DNA of 61,217 nucleotides from a virus (Duplodnaviria; Caudoviricetes), in IMG/VR virus record IMGVR_UViG_3300027741_000065, positions 1 to 61,217 of that record. The stretch is one strand, 5' to 3'. Below, piece after piece: positions 10,501 through 19,637 of the stretch. The first letter of the stretch is position 1; every line of letters begins with the position of its first letter. The position numbers were made by a program, and so were the translations under genes. Under the pieces are notes generated by a model, which was not told the DNA's origin, did no database searches, and was given only the letters and a program-made list of their open reading frames with translations.

Positions 10501-13500
10501 AAGGGTGGTCCTCGCGCCCCTGCAGCTCCTCGCACTCCACGGGGTGAATCTACTGGAGGTCCAAAAACTCCAAGAGGCCCATCAGTCAAAGCCCCAACAG
10601 CCATTCCTACAGAGTTGGAAGGGCTAGGTCTGGAAGACTTATTGGGAGAGTTGGATGAGGCTTTAAATGGAAAACCTCCAGAAGCACCCAAGCCTCCAAA
10701 ATTTGAAGCTCCAACAGGACTTGGCGCTAAACCAAAAAGAGAAAACAAAAAGCCAGTACAGGAAACTAAAAAACCAGTACAGCTGTTGCTTACATATTCC
10801 GCTCTATCTGGAATGGATAACTACTATAGAGCGCAATATTTTAAATACCTTGAAAACAAACAAGTTAATGCGGCACTGTCTCGTATAGCCCAGAACGCCA
10901 AGAACACTAGCGATGACCCTAACAGCGGCCTGTATTCCCGCAAAGGTGATCAAGATTACGCCAATGTGCAGCCCATCATTCAACGTGTATGGGAAGCTAT
11001 TGGGCAAAAGATTAGTGATGTAACGCAGCGTATCAAGCAGGTTTACGCATTGCTGGTTACTAAATTTGGTGAGCCAATCAAAGCGCATCTACGTACGTTT
11101 GTTGAAACATTGCGAAACAAAGATAAACGGCGTCCAAAGAATCAAACCCCAGTTCAGTCTGAACCCATTGATACCGAATCTCGGGTTGTGTACCTTGGCA
11201 AGTCTAGGTTTGCAAGCGATGGCATTTACCTACCCCGAGCACAGTCACAATATGCTTACTCTGCTCTGGAAAACCTGGAAGCACAGGTGGGTGATATTGA
11301 TGAGTTTGTAGCCAATGAGCTGGGCTATCCATCTGTTGAAAAGATGGCTAAAGGATTGGCTGGATACCAGATTGACGGTCTAGCTCTAGCTATTCAAGCC
11401 AACAAACTTGGTAAAGGCTTCATCATTGGTGACGACACCGGTGTGGGTAAAGGACGCGCTGCAGCCGCAATGTTGGTATGGGCTAAAAAGAATGGAAAGA
11501 TCCCAATCTTTGTTACCCTGAGCGACTCTTTGTACACAGCAATGTATGAAGATTTGAGCAATATTGGGCATGAAGATATGCAGATTGGAATGACCAATAA
11601 TGATTCTATTATTCAGAAAAACATTGGTAACGGCAAAACCAAAATTGTATTCCAGAATAAAGGAAAGAATGGTCCAGACCTTATGTCCTACATCACCAAG
11701 CATGGTGAGCTGCCTAAGGGCATGGATGTATTGTTTACTTCCTACTCTCAACTGAATGGTGGAGCTGGTTCCCCGGCTCGACAAAATGCAATTGCTTCTT
11801 TGGTAGCTGCAGGTAAAGCTGTGTTGGTTATGGATGAAGCCCATAATGCAGCAGGCATACCAACTAACCCAGAATCAATGGGCCAGAACGCATTTTTTAT
11901 GTCTTTGCTTACAGGTAAAAACTTGTTGGGCAAAGACAAAGATGCGCCAGAAGATTGGCAGCCACCATCAGCTTTGTACCTGTCGGCTACTTTTGCTAAG
12001 CGGCCTGACAACATGCCGTTGTATATACATACAAACCTACGCTATGCAGCCAACACTCCAGAAGAGTTGACTGAATTGTTTGGCAAAGGTGTAAAAACTG
12101 ACGTACTACAACAAGTTTCATCTGAAATGCTTGTTGAGTCTGGTTCCATGTTGCGCCGCGAGAGATCGTATGAGGGCGTAACTATGGACTTTGTTACAGA
12201 TGAAGCCAATGCTCCACGCGATACAAGGGAGGTTGATAGGGTTACAACTATTCTTCGCTCTTTAGTTAATGCTGACCGCGCCCTCAAAGAGTGGTTGAAG
12301 ACGGGAGATGCTCAAAAAGATATTATTGAAAAGCTTGGACCTAAGGGTTCTATGTTGGGCAAACAAGGGCCTAACGCATTTACCCAAGCAAGAAGTAACA
12401 TGTTTACTTCCGTGGTTCACAACTACATTGGCACTCTGTTGCTGTCTACCAAAACTCAAACTGCAGTAGACATGGTAGTCGACAAAATGAATAACGGCGA
12501 GAAGGTTGTTATTGGTTTGCAGAGCACCAATGGCAGCGCCCTGGATGATTTTGTTCAAAAGAACAACATCAAGATTGGAGACGAGATTTCCAACTTTGGG
12601 TGGCAAACTTTAATTCAACGTGCAATTGATTCAACCAGAAAAATTACATTGAAGGCTGCCAATGGAGATAAAAAAGATGATGTAAAAGTGGAGATTCCTT
12701 ACTCCATGATGCCGCCCTCTATAAGGGCTGGCTATGACAACTTGGCATTAATGATCAAAGACTTTCAGTCTGATTTACCTGTTGCTCCTATTGATTTCAT
12801 ACGCACAGAGCTTGAAAGTAAGTATGTCTGGACAATTGATGGTAAGACTAATGTTGGCAATACTCCACCGGCTGGAGTTAAGTCTCGGCGTTTAGTTGTT
12901 AAAGAAGTGACTGGTCGTAACACTGCTATTGACTACCGTGGGGACAAGCCAAAATACATGGCACTTGACAACCCCGAGCGTGTTCAAATGATTTCCCAGT
13001 TTCAAAATGGGGAAGACTCAGAAAAAGGGCCAATTGACGTACTAATAATTAATTCTGCTGGTGCTACCGGTATTTCCTTACATGCATCTGTTGAGGCGTT
13101 TGATCAGCGTCCTCGCCACATGATTGTGCTGCAGCCACATGGAGATATTAGCGTCTTCATTCAGTTGCTTGGACGTATTCATAGGACGGGTCAAGTTGAG
13201 TGGCCGTCATTTACCATGCTTGCTACCGGCATCCCAGCTGAGCGGCGTATTCTGGCAATGCTTCGTAAGAAGCTATCCAGCTTAAAGTCCAATACTTCAG
13301 GCGGATCCAGTAGTACAAAGGTTAATGGCGTTGACTTCATCAACATGTATGGGGACGTAGCAACTGCCGAGTACCTTAATGAACATGCCGACATCCGTGA
13401 GTTTTTAGGCCAGCCATTATTTCAAGATCCCGATAAGGAAGCGGGAACAGACTTGGCTCACAAAGCTTCTGGCACGGCGGGATTGTTGTCCTCTGCAGAT

Positions 13501-16500
13501 CAGCAAGAGTTTTTTGACTCTATTGAGGCTAGTTACACAGCGGCGATTGAACTTCGTAACGCCACCGGGACTAATGCTCTAGAGCGTAGGGTTCTTCCTT
13601 TGAATGCAGAGATGATCAAGGAAAACCTTATTGAAGAGGGATTGGACAACTCTAACCCATTTTTGTCTGATGTGGTTATGGCTCAGTTCAACGTAGATGT
13701 GATTGGGTCCATACCTACTGAGCAAAACATTAAAGATGATATTGCTCAAGCTTTGAACGGACGTACTCCCCAGCAAGTAGTAGATGAGATTGATGCTGAA
13801 CTCAACACTATTTTTATTGAAGTGCGCAACCAAATTATTTTGAAGCAACAGGATTTGGATAGAGCTATTGCGGCACCAGAAGCTACAGAAAAAGACAAAG
13901 AACAATTTACAAATCAAAAAAATGGATTGATCGGGGATTTTGTAAAACTTGGCGCTCGTCGGGAGCAAACGCTTAATGCTTTAAGGTACGAATACGCAAT
14001 TGGCATGGGCTATCAAGATTTTGAAATTAACAACGTGCCTGCAAGCGCAGTTGTTATTGGCATTAAAGTTGACAAGTCTCGTATTGGAAAATCAAAAACA
14101 GGTAACCCTTACTCTCCATCCAACTTCCAAGTTATCTTTAAGCGCAACATTCCAGATGGTAGGGTTGCTCCTTCATTAGCTACGCTAGAAGGAAAAAGCA
14201 TTAAAAAAAGTAGTGGTTACCGCAATCCCCCTTTAAATGAATTTTTTGCCTTACGTTCTGTAACGGGTGGCCGCACTACCCGCTACATTGCCCTGGGGAA
14301 CATCCTGCGGGCTGCACAACTTTTTGATAAAGATGGTGGAGAAATTGCTAGGTTTACTATTGCGAACCAAGATGAGCCGGTGTCTGGTGTGGTCATGCCT
14401 GCCAAATACGAGCCCGTGGCTATCAGTTCACAGCCAGTGCGGTTGCGTAATCCTAATGCGGCATCGCAGTTCGTCTTAGCAGCATGGCACCAATTCCTGC
14501 AGAAGAAGTATCAAGATACCCAGTTTGATTCTTACAAAGATGTAGCAGACCAAGTAAAGCCATTGCTACTAGAAGGCTTGCCAGACTTTGGCCCATTGGA
14601 GGAGACCAAGCGTAGGAACTATAGCGGCACTATTTTGCGCGGCTCACAAAACATGTGGACGCTTACGCTAGATACGTACCGTCCAAGCAATGGTTTCCGT
14701 TTAGTTATTGATGAATCAGCCCCCAAGAAGTTTATTTCCTCTCCAGACATTAAAGATCTGGTTGGGGCTATGGCTAAAAAACGCAACGGACCTTATGAAA
14801 TGTCCGACAGGAGCTACATCCGCGATCCGGAAAAAGTTGCTGCGTTGGTTAAGTTCTTACACAAAAACTATCCCGCTACTGTAGAAGCTGATTTTGGAAC
14901 ATTGGCTCGTGAACTAATGAAGGTGGAGTTTGACAACAGCGAGGCCAATAAGGGCATGTTGTCTCGTGGAGTTGCTGAGGGTGGTCAAAGCGTTGAAGAC
15001 GTTCAATCCCAAATTATTCCAATCAACGGTATCACTGTTAAAGTTGTTCAGTCTGCTGACAACCTTCCGGATACAGCTGCTCCTTCCGATGTTGAGGGTG
15101 CTTGGTACTCCGGAAACACCGTTTACCTTGTGGCTGATAACTTGCCTAATGCGAAACGTGTACAGGAAGTACTAGCGCATGAAGCAATTGGCCATGCCGC
15201 ATTGGAAGCAATGCTTGGCAAGGAAATGATGGGTGAGTTAGTAAAGAACGTACAAAACCTAGAGAAAACTTCAAATCTTATTAAGAAGATTTCTGAGCAA
15301 GTAGACCGCACACAACCCGGCTTGTCTCCAGAAAACCGGGCCAAAGAGATCGTAGCCGTAATGGCAGAGCGCGGGATTCAGAATGGACTGATAAAGCGTG
15401 TTTTTCAGGCAATACGTAACTTCCTTAAAAAACTTGGCTTCACAATTGAGTTTTCTGACAGTGATATCTTAGCTCTGCTGAGGAATGCAGAGAAATTTGT
15501 GGCTGGAGAGTTTAGCCCAACAGGGGAATCACTCTATTCTAGGAAAAACATTTATGGAAAACCAGCACCATTGGCTGTATTCCAAGCTCCAGATGAATTG
15601 AAGCTAACGGATACGTTTATCCAAAAGTATGTTGACAAGCAAATTGATACCAAGCGTATTGTTGAGGCCATCACAAAAGAAACTGGTCGTATCCAAGACG
15701 CTTGGAATCCATACCTTAAAGAAGAGTTGTTCCACGGAAGAACTGCTAAACAGACCATAGACTTTCTGAAGAATGATTTGCGTCCCTTGTTGGAAGACAT
15801 GGACAAGCGCGGAATAAATCTGGATGATTTCAATGAGTACCTCCACAATCGCCATGCCAAAATTCGTAATGAAGTTATAGCTATACGTGATCCTGGAAAA
15901 CCTGATGGCGGATCTGGAATATTTAACCAAGAAGCAGATGACTACATGGCAGATCTGGATAAAAATCCAGAACTTAAAAAGAATTTTGAAGCTCTTGCAG
16001 CCAAAATTGATAGCATCATTGAGGAAACTCAAAACCTGTTAGTGTCATCCGGCTTGGAAAAGCAAAGCACTATTGATGGTTGGCGTGAATTGTTTCCATT
16101 CTACGTTCCTCTTAACCGAGAGGAGGATGAGCTTGATTTCATTAACTCAAGCAGCGGCATGGGCCAAGGATTCAATGTTAGCGGCCCCTTCTCAAAAGCA
16201 GCCATAGGCTCGTTCAAGACTGTTAAGGACATTGTTGGAAGCATTGCCCTACAACGTGAGCGTGCAATTGTTAGATCAGAGAAAGCTATCGTTGGACGGG
16301 CAGTATATGCCCTGGCTATCCAAAACCCCAATCCAAACTTTTGGATGCCTATCAACCCAGAGGCCATCAAGAACAAGCAGAAGCTTATTGATGAAATGGT
16401 AAAGATGGGCATGTCTTTGGCTGATGCTGAAAACATTTTTCAAGAGCCAAAAACTGGTAGCCTGGATAAGAAAACTAACGTAGTTAAGTATGCAGTCAAT

Positions 16501-18282
16501 CCAAATATGCGCAACTCACCTAACGTGCTTCATACACGTATCAATGGTGAAGACCGCTACGTGTTCTTTAACCCGGGAAACCCCAACGCTAAGCGTATGG
16601 TGGAATCTTTAAAGAACCTTGATACCCATCAAGTAGATGAAGTATTGAGTGGCATTGCCGAGATAACCCGTTTCATTGCAGCTGCAAGCACTCAATACAA
16701 CCCAATTTTTGGTGCATTCAACTTTGTGCGTGACGTTCAGAGTGCTGCACTCAACCTGTCCAGCACTCCTATTGCTGATAGTAAAGTTCAGGTTGTTAGT
16801 GACTCTGCAAAGGCTGTAAGGGCAATATACCGTCATTTGCGCGGAAAAGGTGCTACTACTCCAGAGATGCAGAACTGGATAGATTTGTTTGAACAGTTTC
16901 AAAAAGCTGGTGGTCAAACAGGTTTTCGAGAGCAGTTTAGCCGAGGCAAAGGCAAGGAAACCATTGTTGCTCGTGAGCTTGAACGCTTAAACCGTGGGAA
17001 CGTCAAGAAAACTGCCTATGCCGTATTTGATTGGCTGTCTGACTATAACGATGCTATGGAGAACGCAGTTCGTCTTTCTGCGTTTAAAGCTGCCTTAGAT
17101 AAGAATATCTCTGTAGATCAAGCTGCAAGCATAGCCAAGAACATTACTGTTAACTTTAACCGTAGGGGTGCAAGCACTCAAACGATTGGCGCCTTGTATG
17201 CTTTCTTTAATGCTAGTGTTCAGGGTACAGCACGGTTAGCTCAAACGCTTTTTGCCAAAGACAAAAATGGCAAGATGATTTTAAGTTCTATTGGTAAAAA
17301 GATTGTTGCCGGCGGAATGCTAATTGGAGTTATGCAAGCCGCCATCTTGGCTATGGCTGGTTTTGGTGCAGATGATCCTCCCGAGTGGGTAAAGTCTAAA
17401 AACCTTGTTATTCCAATTCCAGGTAGTGAAAGCAAGTACTTAACTGTACCAATGCCATTGGGTTTCAACATCTTCCCCAATGTTGGCCGCATTGCTTCTG
17501 AGTACATGTTGGTCCAATCTGGTGCGATGGGTGGCAAGCGTGATATTAAGAAAACCATTACTTACCTTGGATCTTCAATATTTGATTCCGTTAACCCGCT
17601 TGGATCCAGCACGTTTGCTCAAACATTGGCACCTACTATTGTTGATCCATTTGTCGGCATTGCTGAAAACAAAGATCCTTTTGGTCGTCCAATTTCAAAA
17701 GAGAACAAAGCTCTTGCGCCAACACCTGGCTACCAGCGCAGCCGGGATTCGGCCAATGGATTGAGCCAGGCAATTGCTTATGGCCTTAACTACATAACTG
17801 GTGGAGGCGATAAAGGAATTGGTTTAGTTAGTCCAACTGCAGACCAGCTGAGCTATATAGCAGGGCAATATACCGGCGGTGTTGGAAAACTTGGTATTCA
17901 AAGTTACGAGTACGCAAAGTCAAAAGTAACGGGGGAGGAGGTACAACCATACCAAGTTCCAGTTGTTGGTAAGCTGTACGGTGATACCAATACACCCGCT
18001 GCTATTGCTGGTCACTTCTACGAAAACATCATTGAGATGTCCAAGCATGAGAACATCATCAAGGAAATGAAGGGAAAGGGCGTAACCGAGTATTACAAGG
18101 AAAACCCTGAGGCTAGGCTATACCATCGAGCCAACTATGTTTCCAACGAAGTTGCTCGACTTAAGAAAGAAAAAAAGGCGCTGATGGAGAAAAATGCACC
18201 AGACGCCCAGATTAAAAGAAAAGATGAACGCATAAAAGAAGTGATGGCAGCGTTCAACAAAGAAGTTACAAAACGCCAATGA
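4516..18282 (+). CDS. Giant DarB-like polyvalent protein: ART-like, LPD1/zincin, N6-adenine MTase, Strawberry-notch SF2 helicase, zincin, LPD38-like C-terminus
   Basis: 4588-aa ORF; LYRG..WTT..DEFVF (~6040-6210); VDFGNW..HEWHH..YWS..EMLSRGFE (~7940-8620); FDPTGGNG and NPPF (~9515-9711); GDDTGVGKGR, DEAH, SAT, QLLGRIHRTGQ (~11430-13200); LAHEAIGH (~15180); TVNFNRRG..YAFFNASVQG near C-terminus. Confidence 0.9.
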   Translation: MDVLMPDGTTITGVPEGITQSELLARYNKLVPSTESAVEPSEVQPQTGLSAFAPSVMRGGRGLVSLMGDVAPAMIAKAVGANDYAKQQMKEAAAYQKETEALYPSAVPSFTNIKGVGDALTYIVEAVGEAIPTLIPSLFTGGAAAVAGRGAVAAARVAAEKAAATSMASGVTAEAAKEIALKAGVNAAKREALKYEIAGSLVGSAAQNVPDVYQGLYEKGYDNLPAALLFGGFNTVLDAVTPINLLRKSKLSGIPENEIIGAWYKRAGKGALEGMVSEGVTESIQEMSSAAAEKFVDSNNDFFTPQNFERFINAGLKGGLGGAGISAATNVAFGRKEEEVPPSPLAAVPPSNSPIVGTTKVNVGGKESIKVVRQDGSVDIDGVQVTPPTAGIATLPTQPGDQAIVTTAPTQEGQGITTLVPPVQQDITGEESQDQQQLIDEANQILGTPTVTPVTVGQTPDIIDLLPKEPKGTTSGPKTIETQQTTPQEQQAPTAPVTWETIQPGQDITLYRGENKENLKEGEWWTTDKAKAEKFGEVTEVTLPADIVGKHSVQGHGGPDEFVFPTPGSRPTDLAKKPEVTAPPAITGGPSTPKGPVAPVEKPVEVAPTPEPTATEEKPTNIDEVIRSYRDDPDVAAGVIANDLVGQTHLTAEVRQIAKTYLTDGEDAGRTQFKESVQDPDSGFGLLGLTQPEMDAYFDEMDQYLTERSKIFRAEPAQSAALPQLPAGETKPVEGEAAPTGGPTAPTGETKPVEGEAAPTGGPAAPAGPAKPPKVKLTDEEKAKAAEEKKAADEAKAKAAEEKKAADEAKAKAAEEKAAADKAAEEQKKKLEEFNKQPMKVAMDEGNADTVASLLYGKSVPPELHPIILSEGLIRIPVNMDEVEKIESALVKYGFTITGRDVPATTDDPAYQGPERLTISALYKPEKTSIEGGGAEFGGNRKGKPKNVQPITKDATDGQINKMLAAVSKEELLDVTSNPNSSFGAMMFKEGIVSYILSPVDYMLKELKASTSLYINSQMGGKQAIKLALQRGMETQVQTLLQQYADSLTDLQKIFDSNPRIADLSLALKDKYIKDEFVREAIKKYTDDGLKLRSTFEEKFKNFTQVFSNLYQLFAGNEDSTDQTNRIVKKETEVPPELGNIIRRGMRDHRQGRNVDVEDFVKTFGLFPGGVDFGNWVNQSERAAHLNAIYDAMYDMADLSGISPKMLGLDQKLKIAIGAQGRGGKTAAHYIPKLNEINLTKTKGDGTLGHEWHHGLDHNLRLTTNGKILMADTVVMLKGMMDVDRVENNLRSILRDAANTADNRNLPPKKAMFAAVTQGRYDQQPSIYQNSNEPTKFYKDARNLDDGASPPYWSSDTEMLSRGFESMLFDASKGGSPYLVGPDRADGYISPKNGYAGTSYPTGKERPNINEVFKQMLEQIDPETLEVKTYKMETKIVYIEDLGYAVLDQYNLSTGGDGTLIWYKDEKQAEHIKSSRNGNDRALTPYRIQIGKVNSRILDISKRVDAIMEEMGLFKWPEIKNGSMAESMFYHMRQGWWPKNNRELAEYGIKAYLQKPELLGFNPAKDQSEIDKYKISDFEGDRVKLKQTQEDFEAAAARYIGQIITDMRASGSDTKAIYDYIVNLYQNQPTLDVQSVLSKTNNAYSTPLPIAFLAGMLARIKSTTTVFDPTGGNGMLVVAANPQNVTTIELDPHRANNMELMQIGNVIQGDTTEEVKKLRDQEVDVVLANPPFGALSTPVKVPSWTGQDYRIGTLDQLIAAESLRTMANNGHAILILGAHPKPGTVTSTDRVFLNWLYGNYNVADHFEIAGNLYRKQGASWPLRFLVIAGRNQTENAYPIDFTVDRITSFDELWSRYVQASDRSEKVVVGTGKKQQPAGGANQQPGGVPTGNTSEDGELGGGVGAGEGAGNGEPLSPTGGGTGTSGAGGRGTAGGNGTGEQQPPNGKGKRGGSSDSETGGTGGRTGSSEKSGDELGGLSDLDLDDIFDNLGKPEKPKGGPRAPAAPRTPRGESTGGPKTPRGPSVKAPTAIPTELEGLGLEDLLGELDEALNGKPPEAPKPPKFEAPTGLGAKPKRENKKPVQETKKPVQLLLTYSALSGMDNYYRAQYFKYLENKQVNAALSRIAQNAKNTSDDPNSGLYSRKGDQDYANVQPIIQRVWEAIGQKISDVTQRIKQVYALLVTKFGEPIKAHLRTFVETLRNKDKRRPKNQTPVQSEPIDTESRVVYLGKSRFASDGIYLPRAQSQYAYSALENLEAQVGDIDEFVANELGYPSVEKMAKGLAGYQIDGLALAIQANKLGKGFIIGDDTGVGKGRAAAAMLVWAKKNGKIPIFVTLSDSLYTAMYEDLSNIGHEDMQIGMTNNDSIIQKNIGNGKTKIVFQNKGKNGPDLMSYITKHGELPKGMDVLFTSYSQLNGGAGSPARQNAIASLVAAGKAVLVMDEAHNAAGIPTNPESMGQNAFFMSLLTGKNLLGKDKDAPEDWQPPSALYLSATFAKRPDNMPLYIHTNLRYAANTPEELTELFGKGVKTDVLQQVSSEMLVESGSMLRRERSYEGVTMDFVTDEANAPRDTREVDRVTTILRSLVNADRALKEWLKTGDAQKDIIEKLGPKGSMLGKQGPNAFTQARSNMFTSVVHNYIGTLLLSTKTQTAVDMVVDKMNNGEKVVIGLQSTNGSALDDFVQKNNIKIGDEISNFGWQTLIQRAIDSTRKITLKAANGDKKDDVKVEIPYSMMPPSIRAGYDNLALMIKDFQSDLPVAPIDFIRTELESKYVWTIDGKTNVGNTPPAGVKSRRLVVKEVTGRNTAIDYRGDKPKYMALDNPERVQMISQFQNGEDSEKGPIDVLIINSAGATGISLHASVEAFDQRPRHMIVLQPHGDISVFIQLLGRIHRTGQVEWPSFTMLATGIPAERRILAMLRKKLSSLKSNTSGGSSSTKVNGVDFINMYGDVATAEYLNEHADIREFLGQPLFQDPDKEAGTDLAHKASGTAGLLSSADQQEFFDSIEASYTAAIELRNATGTNALERRVLPLNAEMIKENLIEEGLDNSNPFLSDVVMAQFNVDVIGSIPTEQNIKDDIAQALNGRTPQQVVDEIDAELNTIFIEVRNQIILKQQDLDRAIAAPEATEKDKEQFTNQKNGLIGDFVKLGARREQTLNALRYEYAIGMGYQDFEINNVPASAVVIGIKVDKSRIGKSKTGNPYSPSNFQVIFKRNIPDGRVAPSLATLEGKSIKKSSGYRNPPLNEFFALRSVTGGRTTRYIALGNILRAAQLFDKDGGEIARFTIANQDEPVSGVVMPAKYEPVAISSQPVRLRNPNAASQFVLAAWHQFLQKKYQDTQFDSYKDVADQVKPLLLEGLPDFGPLEETKRRNYSGTILRGSQNMWTLTLDTYRPSNGFRLVIDESAPKKFISSPDIKDLVGAMAKKRNGPYEMSDRSYIRDPEKVAALVKFLHKNYPATVEADFGTLARELMKVEFDNSEANKGMLSRGVAEGGQSVEDVQSQIIPINGITVKVVQSADNLPDTAAPSDVEGAWYSGNTVYLVADNLPNAKRVQEVLAHEAIGHAALEAMLGKEMMGELVKNVQNLEKTSNLIKKISEQVDRTQPGLSPENRAKEIVAVMAERGIQNGLIKRVFQAIRNFLKKLGFTIEFSDSDILALLRNAEKFVAGEFSPTGESLYSRKNIYGKPAPLAVFQAPDELKLTDTFIQKYVDKQIDTKRIVEAITKETGRIQDAWNPYLKEELFHGRTAKQTIDFLKNDLRPLLEDMDKRGINLDDFNEYLHNRHAKIRNEVIAIRDPGKPDGGSGIFNQEADDYMADLDKNPELKKNFEALAAKIDSIIEETQNLLVSSGLEKQSTIDGWRELFPFYVPLNREEDELDFINSSSGMGQGFNVSGPFSKAAIGSFKTVKDIVGSIALQRERAIVRSEKAIVGRAVYALAIQNPNPNFWMPINPEAIKNKQKLIDEMVKMGMSLADAENIFQEPKTGSLDKKTNVVKYAVNPNMRNSPNVLHTRINGEDRYVFFNPGNPNAKRMVESLKNLDTHQVDEVLSGIAEITRFIAAASTQYNPIFGAFNFVRDVQSAALNLSSTPIADSKVQVVSDSAKAVRAIYRHLRGKGATTPEMQNWIDLFEQFQKAGGQTGFREQFSRGKGKETIVARELERLNRGNVKKTAYAVFDWLSDYNDAMENAVRLSAFKAALDKNISVDQAASIAKNITVNFNRRGASTQTIGALYAFFNASVQGTARLAQTLFAKDKNGKMILSSIGKKIVAGGMLIGVMQAAILAMAGFGADDPPEWVKSKNLVIPIPGSESKYLTVPMPLGFNIFPNVGRIASEYMLVQSGAMGGKRDIKKTITYLGSSIFDSVNPLGSSTFAQTLAPTIVDPFVGIAENKDPFGRPISKENKALAPTPGYQRSRDSANGLSQAIAYGLNYITGGGDKGIGLVSPTADQLSYIAGQYTGGVGKLGIQSYEYAKSKVTGEEVQPYQVPVVGKLYGDTNTPAAIAGHFYENIIEMSKHENIIKEMKGKGVTEYYKENPEARLYHRANYVSNEVARLKKEKKALMEKNAPDAQIKRKDERIKEVMAAFNKEVTKRQ
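5939..6007 (+). CDS. Possible overprinted 22-aa basic peptide (+1 frame in giant gene)
   Basis: AAGGA-7nt-GTG; MALKPLKPSKQRRKNNKRPQPL*; lies in a linker. Confidence 0.3.
   Translation: MALKPLKPSKQRRKNNKRPQPL
6697..6984 (+). repeat. In-frame tandem repeats: 2x60 bp (GETKPVEGEAAPTGGP) and ~3x42 bp (KAKAAEEKKAADEA)
   Basis: 6697-6756/6757-6816 similar; 6859-6900 identical to 6901-6942; degenerate third copy to 6984. Confidence 0.9.
10082..10456 (+). CDS. Overprinted 124-aa acidic helical protein in the +1 frame of the giant gene
   Basis: GGAG-5nt-ATG; protein-like composition while the main frame is a Gly-rich linker between MTase and helicase. Confidence 0.7.
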   Translation: MFKPVIVAKKSWWVPEKNSSLLAVQINSPEEYQQAIRQKMESLAEELGLERALATANHYLQQEGARALPEPGDEEQLVEMVLENNSRLMEKVNEGDPAIAKPAEPEDAQVAVKNQEMNWEDFLT

Positions 18283-18553
18283 TCTCCCGCTCAAAGAGTT
18301 GACCGATAGTTTGGCGGTGTGCTTCCTCCCACATCTCCAGTCTCTCGGCTCGACTCATATGGGCGCCCTGGTCTAGTTCGGAGTGGCACTTAAAGCACAA
18401 TGACGCAATCCTATAGTCATTGGCTTTAAGGCTACGTCCTTTCCCATCACGCATTTGGTTGCTGTGAGCAGCCACTACCGTACCGTCTTCTATACCACAG
18501 TGCTGGCAGGGCAACTCACGAGCCGCGTCCAGAAGCTTACGATTCCGGTACAT
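18266..18553 (-). CDS. DUF1364/YbcO-like Zn-binding putative nuclease
   Basis: PCQHCG..VVAAHSN..GKG..LCFKCHSELD; start taken at MYRNRK. Confidence 0.75.
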   Translation of the reverse strand: MYRNRKLLDAARELPCQHCGIEDGTVVAAHSNQMRDGKGRSLKANDYRIASLCFKCHSELDQGAHMSRAERLEMWEEAHRQTIGQLFEREIIGVL

Positions 18554-18731
18554 CTTTTTTACGCTTCTTGATTGCAGCAATACCGCTCTCCGTCTTGCGC
18601 CCAATCAGAAATTGATCAGCCAAATCAAAAGCAGTTTCAATTACATCCCCGCTATTCCTGCCCCCCATAAGAAGTCCGGTCATTGCGAACATTGCAGCCA
18701 AGTCACGTAGGTTTTCTTCGTTCTCTGTCAT
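18537..18731 (-). CDS. Hypothetical phage protein
   Basis: LRDLAAMFAM..AFDLAD motif common in phage small ORFs; coupled in operon. Confidence 0.7.
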   Translation of the reverse strand: MTENEENLRDLAAMFAMTGLLMGGRNSGDVIETAFDLADQFLIGRKTESGIAAIKKRKKDVPES

Positions 18732-18949
18732 TAGTGAAACTCCCGTTCTTGGTGTTCTCTTCTGGACATTTCCAGTGTGTTTAGAACAGCGTTACAAACC
18801 ATTCTGTTGTCATCCATCTTGATCTGAACAAGGAGTTCGCACATGACGCAGCAAAGCGCCATGACGGCATCCATAGGATCTTTGCAAGGAGTATTTGCTA
18901 TAGATGCATAGATGGCATCCTGCATTTTTTGAAATGACTCATCCATCAC
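18731..18949 (-). CDS. Hypothetical protein
   Basis: Start/stop overlaps with both neighbours. Confidence 0.6.
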   Translation of the reverse strand: MMDESFQKMQDAIYASIANTPCKDPMDAVMALCCVMCELLVQIKMDDNRMVCNAVLNTLEMSRREHQEREFH

Positions 18950-19218
18950 ATCTCCATTGATTCAATAGTTTCTGACAAAAGAGTCTCCAAATACTTGCCG
19001 TTGACTGCGATGTTCTCAATCTCTTTGATTTCATTGACGCACTTTACGCAATCACGCAGGGCTTTGTTATACCCAGATTTGTAGGCGTCACCTCCATCTA
19101 GGATCATGCATATCGCGTCACGCACCAATGCTGATGCCTTACGTTGGGATGCTAAGACCTTGATCTTTTCGTAATGCTCTATTGGTAGATAGACGCTGTA
19201 TGGGACTAATTTATTCAT
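18946..19218 (-). CDS. Possible ribbon-helix-helix DNA-binding protein
   Basis: YSVYLP..YEKIK..ASALVRDAI pattern; GGAG upstream. Confidence 0.5.
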   Translation of the reverse strand: MNKLVPYSVYLPIEHYEKIKVLASQRKASALVRDAICMILDGGDAYKSGYNKALRDCVKCVNEIKEIENIAVNGKYLETLLSETIESMEM

Positions 19219-19637
19219 TGATTCCTCCAAGCATCAAAGCTTGCTTTAAGCCGATTAAAAAGATCTCTGGCTTCTTCGTTGGTCTTCAGTTCCTTGCGGG
19301 ACTCTATGCCAAGGTAGTAGCTAAGCCAAGTGGCGCATGGTTTCTCGCCCTTAACTGTAATCAAGTCTTTATGACTTAGCCAATCCCAGAACTCAGGATC
19401 TCGGCAGAGTATTCCAGCCATCTTTACGGCATGGTCGCCTGGAAACTCATTCTCTCGGTCCATTGGCCTCTCGTCGTCGCCAAGTCGAACCATGACCACC
19501 ACATAACGCGAGCCAACAAAGTCACGCATTAAGTCATCTGGCAGATCATCAGGATGGACGGCCATCGTTAAAACGTAGCCGTCCTTGGACTGTTTCAGCC
19601 CAGTCTTGATGCCCTCAAACTGAATTGGCTCGCTCAA
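19215..19637 (-). CDS. Hypothetical phage protein
   Basis: AGILCRDPEFW..GIESRKEL block; operon coupling. Confidence 0.65.
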   Translation of the reverse strand: MSEPIQFEGIKTGLKQSKDGYVLTMAVHPDDLPDDLMRDFVGSRYVVVMVRLGDDERPMDRENEFPGDHAVKMAGILCRDPEFWDWLSHKDLITVKGEKPCATWLSYYLGIESRKELKTNEEARDLFNRLKASFDAWRNQ

